From assembly GCA_021613535.1 (NCBI GenBank), contig CP075496.1:4712001-4776000 (forward strand): a stretch of DNA of 64,000 nucleotides. Reading direction: 5' to 3'. Positions 49,438-64,000 of the stretch are shown here, in pieces. Source of the stretch: Adineta vaga (taxonomy: Eukaryota; Animalia; Rotifera). The position numbers and the translations under genes are program-made. The notes below the pieces were generated by a model. It searched no databases and was not told the origin of the DNA. It saw only the letters and a list, made by a program, of their open reading frames with translations. Position 1 is the stretch's first letter; each line of letters opens with the position of its first letter.

Positions 49438-50017
49438 TGACTCTGATTAAAATAAGGAAATTTTAATTTGATATTCATACAGCAATCATTACATTCTTCT
49501 AGATAAGTTCACATAAAAAATCGTTCATTTTCAATGTTATTTTCTTCTGAACGATAGAGGGCGTAAAAAGACGTTCACAGTGTCAAGTTTGATCGAGAAA
49601 TGATATGCGATTATTTTCAAGAGTCTTTTCTATTTATCTCACAGAATCTGAAGAAGAGAAAATCAAATTTATTTCCTTTATTAGAGATCATCTTTCTATC
49701 GATGTTGAGTAACGGAAATGATAAATTTATGGAAATCTTTACGTGTTTTTAATCATCCGTCGAGTATACTCATGGTAATTCGATTTAAATTGAAGGTTTT
49801 CTTTTCAAGAATACAAGTACTCTTTATTCATTTCCTGTCGATTTTCAGAAATAATTACGTTAATCAGTTAGGATGAATCGGTTGCTGACTGTAAACAAAT
49901 GAAGTATGTTTATCAAAATTTATTAAATATGAAAAAGAAAAGAAAAGAAAGAAGGAAAGATATGATTGTTGGAATGTTCATTGAAAAAATACTCATCGTT
50001 TATATCACAGAATCATT

Positions 50018-52272
50018 TTATGATAACATCCATGATGGAGAAAACGATGTAAAATTCCACTTATCCGGATGGCCAATATGTGAAAATTGGGTATTGAAAT
50101 CTGATTCACTCCAAATGAATGGTGGTTGTTGATCGGATGTAGGACCAGCAATAGCAACAAGAGTGAAGTTTTGCATCATGTTATAACTAGTAATCTTAAA
50201 TTATAAAAATAAAATTGTTAACTTTTCACATTTAGTTATAACGTTACAAAGAATTCTATTCCTTACTCAAACTTTTTTCTCATGAAATAGTATTTCACAG
50301 AAAATGCTTTGGTTGTACTTACTTTAGCATCTGTTGCTCCATGAGGACGATGTCCTAAGGGTTCATCTGGATATTTTCCATCCTTTGGATTTAAATCACA
50401 TCGTGCAGCAATTGTTAATTCTGATGAATAGGGTGGAGTACAATTACAAGCAGAGAAAGGATCATTTTTGAAATCATTATATCTGCAAGTATAAGAATAT
50501 ATTTTCCGAGCAAAAAAGAAGATTTCATTGAAACTAACCTCATCATTTTAATCATGGTTGGAAGATCAACGACTTTCAATTGATCACGACGAAAGATTTT
50601 TGCACGTGAAGAATCTTTCCATGAATACAATTCTGGTCCTTTTTGTTGTACCATCGCTTCTTCACCGGATAAATTTCGAAAATCTGGAAAATAAACATTG
50701 TTATACGATGCCCAATAACCATCTTTAGTTAATGTCTCGGTCATATCTGTATATTCAAAATTAGTCACCAATTGTTCAGCGACCATTAAGAATCTAATTA
50801 GAAAAAAAAGAGACACAATTGAACAAATAGTTGTTTATTGCGAAAGACAAATTTTACCCAGGTTTAGGACTTTGTCCCGGTGTAAATTGTTTATAATCTG
50901 TAATCATCCATTGATTATTGTATGTTCCATCATTGAAAATAAAAAATTTATCAATCCATTCTTGACCAGTACTAGCTAATCGATTTGCCGTTACTACACG
51001 AATCCATTCAGGTATTGATATAGGAATAATATTATGTTTTAAATTTTCATTATAATTAACAATTGTTGTCTCAATAACGGTTAATTTAGCTGGACGTGTC
51101 ATATAAAAGTCATCTAGAATGAAAGGGAGAAACAGAATTGTGTGTTGTTAAATCAATGATGGATATAACTAACCAACGGAATGAAGTGTGCCAGGATAAG
51201 ATGAAAAGATGATTTCAGCACCAGGGATTGTTTCACCTGAAAATAATGAGACATATAACTTCGAATTGAAATTTAGGAAATCTTACTTCCGACTGCTGTT
51301 GAACGTTTTAATGGCATATTATAACGTTTGATCACTTTTAACATTGATTTATAATGACTCCAATCAGCATGTGAAACGAAAACATCCAAATTACCAGGTA
51401 AAATCTGCGAAAAAACAATAAACTTTAAAAAGACAAGACAGAAATATTTTACTTTGATCAATGCTGAACAACTATCATGTCGTTCAACATTGGGAATACC
51501 GAAACGCTCAGCTAAATCACCGACTGATTCGACTATTTGAAACAAACTAAATAAACAAAAATAATTGAAAACTGAAAAACAATAAAAATCGATTTTCATT
51601 ACAAAAATCCAAGTGGATCGTCGAGTCTACGTCTTGGTTCACGTGGTGTATTGTGATGTCCATCGATAAGACCGTTCAATTGAATAAGAAGTAAATCAAC
51701 CTCGATGAATGAAAAACGAATATTAAAAATAGAAAACATTCTATTGTGCTCTATACTTGATGCCAATATTCATCATCAGGATAATTTTCAATTTGTGTAT
51801 ACATCCAATCAAGTTGAATTTCAAGATATTGTTTTAAATAGTTACAAAAATGTGTTTGATTAGCACAAATACTATTGATATTATTTTGCCATTGCATCCA
51901 AGTCAAATCTATCAAAAAGAAAACATAATTCGTGATTTTCGATGGAAACAAAAACAAATTTAAACCTCGTGTCAATTGTCCTTCGAGTAATCCAGCCGAA
52001 TAGGCTTGATCAAAATTTGTCTGATTTTCGAGCGTTTTTATTTCTAATACGGACCAGCCAGTTATATTATAAGTTTGATCCCAAAAACCGCTTGCTAAAA
52101 CATTATCAACATTAAAATTCGGTTCTTTATAATCACTTGCTAATGCAGTAACAATTTCATATTTGCCATTTTTTTTCGAAATATGACCTCGATATCGTTG
52201 AAGAGATGGATCATCATCATTCGCTATTATTAACGCGAAAAGTGCAACAAAGACGAAACCTTTTGCAAGCAT
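50018..52272 (-). CDS. PLBD2: Phospholipase B-like 2 (lysosomal Ntn hydrolase)
   Basis: Signal peptide, TGWSVLEI, AYSAGLLEG, catalytic DSCSALIK, NDGTYNNQWM, YWASYN and HGATDAK. Confidence 0.9.
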
Positions 52273-53262
52273 TGTTATCTAGAAAAATGTATAAAAGAAT
52301 AGCATATATCATTCTAATGTTAACAGCGTTTATATACTGATATGTATTCGATAAATAGATAAGAATAGAAAGAACTATTTAGAGAATAGATTGGATATAT
52401 GCAAGAACAAATGAAAACTTCTTCAATATTCCACCACCAGATTTAACGTTTTTCAAATACATAGAAAAAAGTTTATTTTACAGCAGAGATATTGTTTTAC
52501 AAGTTAAGCAGTCCTTTTGAACCAGATGTCATCAAAATATCAATTAAGTTCTTCTCTTTAAATCTCATTTAATATATCTAAATAACATGTCAAAATGTCA
52601 AAAACTTGACGTCGGAAGTCGCTTTTCGTGATCCTTCACATTTAATTAGAAGCAAAAAAAAAGAAAACGTCTTGAAAATCATTTTTATTTTTATTTGTTG
52701 ACAAAAAAACGTCTTTATCATCACCGATCCAACGAAAAAATAAAAGAGGACAAATAATAAGCCAAAACAAAAGAAAAACGGAGTGAGAGAGAAAAGAAGG
52801 GTATGAGCAACAACAACAACAAACATGTATTGATCAATTAACGGAAAACAAACAAATCAAAATGAGATAGTTTTTTTGCCTATATGTGTAATCATATATA
52901 TATATATATATATTTATATTGTCAATGAGAAAGAAAAACTTTTCCAAATGAATAAATACATCCTTGCCCTTAAGAAAAGAAAAAAGAGAAAAAGTTCACA
53001 AAAAAAGAAAACAATCGAATCTTTAGTGTCAAACATAGGCACACAAGATGTTGAGGTAGAGGACTGAGACAACATTCAAAAGGAATGAAATATTCCAAAG
53101 AAGAAAGGGTATCGAAGATATGAAATGATAACTCGTGAACAGAATTTTAAAACGAAAGATTCAATCATCACATACTCGAAAAAGAAACTATAAGAAATAA
53201 ATCAATGAGCATTAACAACAGCAAATAAAGAATTCTTTTTCTTTTTTTTTTCTCTTGTCTTT

Positions 53263-58896
<5,634 letters not shown>

Positions 58897-61412
58897 ACAG
58901 ATAATACGGGAAAAACAGATTTTGTTCGATTATATAAAACTGAATAAATAAATGGAGGTGGACGTTGGGTCATCATCATTGTTAAGTTAAAGAAAACTAT
59001 TAGAACAACATGCGTATGTTAGTTATATATGTTGCATAAACGCAACAAAACGACCAAGATTCTCGTCGTTGTTTGTCGCAATAGTAGAAGCGGCAGTAGT
59101 AGCAGCAGCTATAGAAGAAGCTTATTTCTGGTCGACGACACACGCAGAAGCAGAGCCCGATGTCGATTCAGGTGGAGAGAGAGAGAGAGAGAAGGCAGAC
59201 AGACCGAGCGAAGAAAAGACGAAGAAGAAGAAGAGGAAGATGGAGAGAAAGCCCGGGCCGAGGACGCCGACGACGATGTCGATGGAGAAGAAGAAGAAGA
59301 AACAGCAGTTGTAGAAAAGTAGTAATAGAAAAAGAACGGAGTGAGCAACTAAATGCAAGATGATTCCTAACCAGTCAGAGATAGGAAGGAAAAGAAAGAG
59401 TGGAATGGCCGCTAGGGATACACACGAATGCACAGTCACGAGTTGAAATAATCATTTTAGAACATAAGATGATGAATTATTCGAAAAACGAAAATCAAAT
59501 CTTCATCAAAACTGTTTCTTTAAACTATACTATTCAGTTTGTTGTTGATAGATTGTATTTCAAGTTAAGAAAAACAAATTTATTCCGATTGGTTCATTTT
59601 CAAAAACCAATGGAAAACTTTGTCATCAATAGAAGAGAAATATTTTTCTTCACCATATCTTTCGTCTTTTTTTTCTATTAAATATATAAACCGATAGAAT
59701 TCATTTGTAATGCTCATCTTGGTTTAGAAAAAAAAAACGTTTCAGCTAAATCTGATTTAAATAATACAATGCATCGTTGCGAAAAAGAACTTATTACAGA
59801 TTATTAAACTGATAAAAAGAACTAGAAGAGTTACTGTAAGTCTGTCTGACTGTATGTCTTCTATTCAAAGTCCTTTGAGAATTTCTCATTATTATTGTAG
59901 AAAGAAAATTCGGATCTGCTCATCTAAAACTGATGATTTCAATAGGGAAATATTCCGTATATACGATAATATAATTTTCGATTGGATGTATTCCAAATAC
60001 TATTTGTCAAGATCGTATTGCTCTAGTTGATTATAATTCACAGTAAAAAGGAATAGAAAGTAATTTGTTTTGTCATTTATTGATTTCTTTATGCAAAAAT
60101 AAATATTCCGTTTTAGTATCAATAAAAAAACACAGACGACAAACATAGACAGATTCGTTGTATCTTTCTGTTAAAGTTCGAATGATGACATATGAATCAT
60201 TATTTTATAAAAAAATGGAAAAAAAAAGAACGTTTTATTATGATTAATAGCGTATAACAGGTTGACGCGTAATAAAACCATGAGAATCACTTGGATACAT
60301 AGGTTGCGCGGCAGGAACATACACAACTCGTTCACTAAAACGAATTCAAAGATTTGTTTTGGTCATAAAGCATTTAGTCTTACCGAGCCGGACGACAACA
60401 TGGTAAACAACAGCAAAGTAAATCAAGTGGAATGCAACATAGACAAATGTCTATGGAATCCGAACATGGACAAATATCAGGCTAAAATATTGCAGAAAAT
60501 TCAAATATTCTCTTTAGGAAATCTTTCTGATTAAGAAGAATCCCAATAGATTTGCTGATTAGTAAATGTATTTTTGGAATTTAAAACAAAGGAAACCATG
60601 TGAATTTAATCATAGTTAATGCTAATTTGAGGATTCGGAAGATGTCGAAGAATGTGAAAGAATTGTTATCTACTTTTTCTACTCATTACAAATAGAATTT
60701 CCCTTTCGTCGCCTTTCCTATTGAAATAAACACTCATAAAAAGATCTATTTTATTCCAATAAAAAAATCGATTAAAAAAAAGGATATAATCGAAAGAAAA
60801 TTAGTCTGTAATTGTTTCACCTACTTACTATACACATGATAAATACTAGTTCGTAATTCTTGTTTATTCAAGTGCAAGAAAACTAAAGAAATAGTGAATA
60901 ATACAAACGCACTAGCATGTCAATTTTCTTTATCGGTTCGGTTGGATCATTTCTTTTTCTCTCTCTCGTTATTATTTTCGGTAATATTTCTTATGTGTTC
61001 TCTTTCATATATTCGTCTTAAATATTTTGATTCACATTTTAAGATAAGTTTCATTTATCTCATTCATAATAATAATAATAAACATGTATTTTTTTTCTTT
61101 TGATCAAACCATAACCAAAGAACAAAAAAGAAAAAAAAGAGAGAAAAAGAAGAATGACACTTTATATATTATTATTTATAGACATACATGAAAAATTGAA
61201 GAAAGAAAAGAAAACAGAATGAAGGAGATAAAGATATTTTCTTATTATTTCCCTGAATCTTTATTTTAAACGATATTAATTGATTAATTTAGAGGAGAGA
61301 AGGCAATAACAGCGAATGCATATGACACACTGTTCATAGAAAAAGAAAAATATTGAACACACACAGAACGAAATAAAAAATAAAGAAGTTTTAGTTATAC
61401 TTTCTTTTGGTT

Positions 61413-63962
61413 TTACATCATTGTCAAGACAAAGTCAATCATATTCAAGGACGGCTCTCGTTCAGCAAACAAATAAGACGAAAACTAAAGATAAATTCGT
61501 TTTTTTGACTAGTAGATCGAACATTCAAGAAGATACTAGTAGATTGAAACAATATTTATCAAGTAAACAAATTGAATCGTTCTAAATAGAACAAAAATAC
61601 ATGTTAATCTTTTGTAAAATTAAAGAACTTCATTTCTCATACTTTTCGATCGATATGTATTGGAGGATGCTATTGGTGCTGGTAGTTTTAATGTTTGTGT
61701 CAATGTTGCTGTGGTTAATTTGCTACCTAAACTTGAGAGGTCTGGTGGTGGAGGTAAAGGTTGTCCAGTGATTGGATGTTGTTCACTTTTCGTTGTTGAC
61801 AATGAACGAGAATATAAACTTGACAACGAACGATTATCATCGAGATTTGATGATGATGATGAATGTGATGCTGGTGGTAAAGTATTATGATGATCAAATA
61901 CGGGTGATGTTGATGACAGATTACTTAATGTATTTGATGCTGATGATACAGGTGAATGAATTGATGAATTCATTTCATTCGTTGAAGGTTGTTGACGTAT
62001 TGATTTCAAGATGAAATTTGTTGGATTACCATTATTTCTTAAAAGTCTTTTGAAAAAAAAAACACATTTTCTTCAAGAATAAATGATGATGATGATATGT
62101 TTACTTTAATGGAGATAATTCTGCTTGTGATTTAAGATCTATACTAATATCATTATCAGTCGATGTTGATGAGTAATGTGAATGACGATCAGATTTTTGT
62201 TGATTAGATGATGATGATGTATTTGATTGTGTATGATTACTAGTTGAACTCGTTGATATACTCGTTGATGATGATGAAGATGATGATCCAAATGATGCTA
62301 TTGGTGCTTGATGATGGGTAGGTGATTGTTTAGTATGATGTTCAATCTCATTTGATTGTTCATTATTATTTGATGGTAAATCACCATTACTTGTTGAATG
62401 TGAATGTTGTTCATGATTTAATGATGAACTATCTGTACAACCATTTATTAGTAAATTATATGCATGTTTTGCTTCTTTACTTATATCACCTAAATAAATT
62501 GATAGAGAATGAACTTTGAAGGATGAAAAAGAAATGAACAAACCATTTTGTAAACGTTGTTCGAGTTCACGAGTAAATCGACAAGTTTGTTCATTAGATT
62601 TTTTCAATGGAGATTTAGGTGGAAAACGTGTATGCGTAGATGATCGACTGTTCGAATCTACGATGAAAGAAAAATAAGGCTATTATTATTTCCTTTCTCA
62701 TTCTTCTTTGTTTTTTTAATTACCTGTCATGTTTTCCAATGGAGATTGGTTTACATCGATTTTTGTTAAAGGTAATGATGGTAAGTTTAACTAAACAAAT
62801 AAATAATTGTAGATAAAATTCTCATATGTTCTATCGTCAGACTGATCCCCTTCTGATCTCATATGTGTGATCAACAGGCTCAAATGTATAATGGTTATTG
62901 ATACTAATATGTTTTATGATATATTTGTCGCATTACTGTAGACTTTCTATTAAGTTTAATATCTGATTCAAGAATAAATTGTTTTTTTTCTAAACGATGA
63001 TTCATGAATTGATTTGGCAAGAAATGTCTGTTTATGAATTCGTTAAAGTTATGTCATTTTTTGCATAATACTTGTCGAGAACAAGAGCAATACTCTGCTC
63101 GATCACCTTCTACTATAGAACAAACTTATGATGAAGATATATATATATATATATTGACCTTGTTTTATAACCAAATTAAACTTTGTTTCTCTTATAATAA
63201 CAAAAAAAACGAGAAAGTTTAATAAGAAAAAGAGAAATCAAATTTTCTCTTCATAATCTAATGCTGAAAAATGTGTTTCTCAAGAAATATGTCGAAGTAT
63301 CAATTTTACTTACATCAAATGTAGGAGATTTGGGTGATGTTGGTTCACTTCGTTCAGGTTTAGGAGGTGCTTTCATTGAAATACTATCTATTGTTAAATA
63401 TGAAGATGATTCAGGTTCTGAATAAATTTCTGTAAAAGCTTGTAAAACTTCATCAAGTAAAGATGATGGAGGAGTTTCTTCCTATAACAATAGAATTTTG
63501 TCATAGAGAGATATACTATTTAATGATCATTTACCGTTCGTTGTTCAACAGAAAGTATTTCTATTTCTTCTTGTTGCTGTTCACGAGCAAGAATAGGTTG
63601 TTTATAATTTGATTCAAATTCTTTTCAATGTAAGAAAAAAACGGAAATTCAATTATGTAGTCTATGCATATATATATATATTATAACAATTACCATTAAT
63701 AGTTGATGGACTTTTATCAATAGACATCTTAATTAAATCTGTTTTTTCAACACCAGCAAGACAAGCAACATCACCAAATGTTTCACCTAAAGAGAAACGT
63801 TGTTTTTTTAAATTGGTTGTTTTATTCTTTTTAATTGATTTCTTTTTTTTGTAATACCTGATACCCCAATATGAAATGCATGAATGAAATCTGCTTGAGG
63901 CAAACCAATCATATCTTTTGATAATTGTTTACCTTTTGTTTTTCCGACAGTTTTTTTCGAAT
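61413..63962 (-). CDS. 3' part of a CRIB-motif Cdc42/Rac effector (Ack-like/PR2 or CDC42EP/Borg type); 5' end outside the window
   Basis: Spliced LSKDMIGLPQADFIHAFHIGVSG/GETFGDVACL and SLLDEVLQAF, followed by long Ser/Pro-rich exons. The last two exons and the stop are tentative. Confidence 0.65.
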
Positions 63963-64000
63963 CTACGAAGAAAGAATACAAACATGATAATTATAATTAT

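Noticed and set aside
59029-59439. Overlapping ORFs on both strands upstream of CaMKII
   Set aside because: Purine/pyrimidine-skewed microsatellite-like 5' leader; the translations are compositional artefacts.
60262-60534. 90-codon ORF in a slightly GC-richer intergenic patch
   Set aside because: TTG start, and no recognisable protein motif, RNA structure or terminal repeats.

Overview
This is AT-rich, gene-dense eukaryotic DNA with many short (~50-60 nt) GT-AG introns. The intron style plus an intronless receiver-like/ADP-ribosyltransferase/TPR gene point to a bdelloid rotifer (inference). About 22 protein-coding genes were assembled by hand, in order: hunchback, a secreted ferroxidase-degenerate ferritin, ART-TPR, a divergent Q50 homeobox gene, two tandem SDR16C retinol dehydrogenases, SUB1/PC4, SLC25A32, POLR3D, Lhx1/5 with a ~6 kb upstream regulatory region, a type II membrane D8C protein, ODAD1/CCDC63-like, a degenerate HPRT paralogue, a myristoylated Q-rich half-NCS protein, an intact ~26-exon MSH5, PSPH, a K2P channel, CTR1, CFAP20, PLBD2, CaMKII, and the 3' part of a CRIB-motif Cdc42 effector. 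No rRNA, tRNA, CRISPR array or recognisable transposon was seen. The most notable observations are: (1) a candidate polycistronic or shared-leader unit POLR3D-SLC25A32-SUB1, with only 60 nt between two of the genes and unpaired splice acceptors before many start codons; (2) a toxin-type R-S-ExE ADP-ribosyltransferase fused to TPR repeats; (3) an intact meiotic MSH5; (4) probable pseudoenzymes (HPRT, ferritin); (5) a possible same-strand nested gene. All exon boundaries are manual predictions without expression data.
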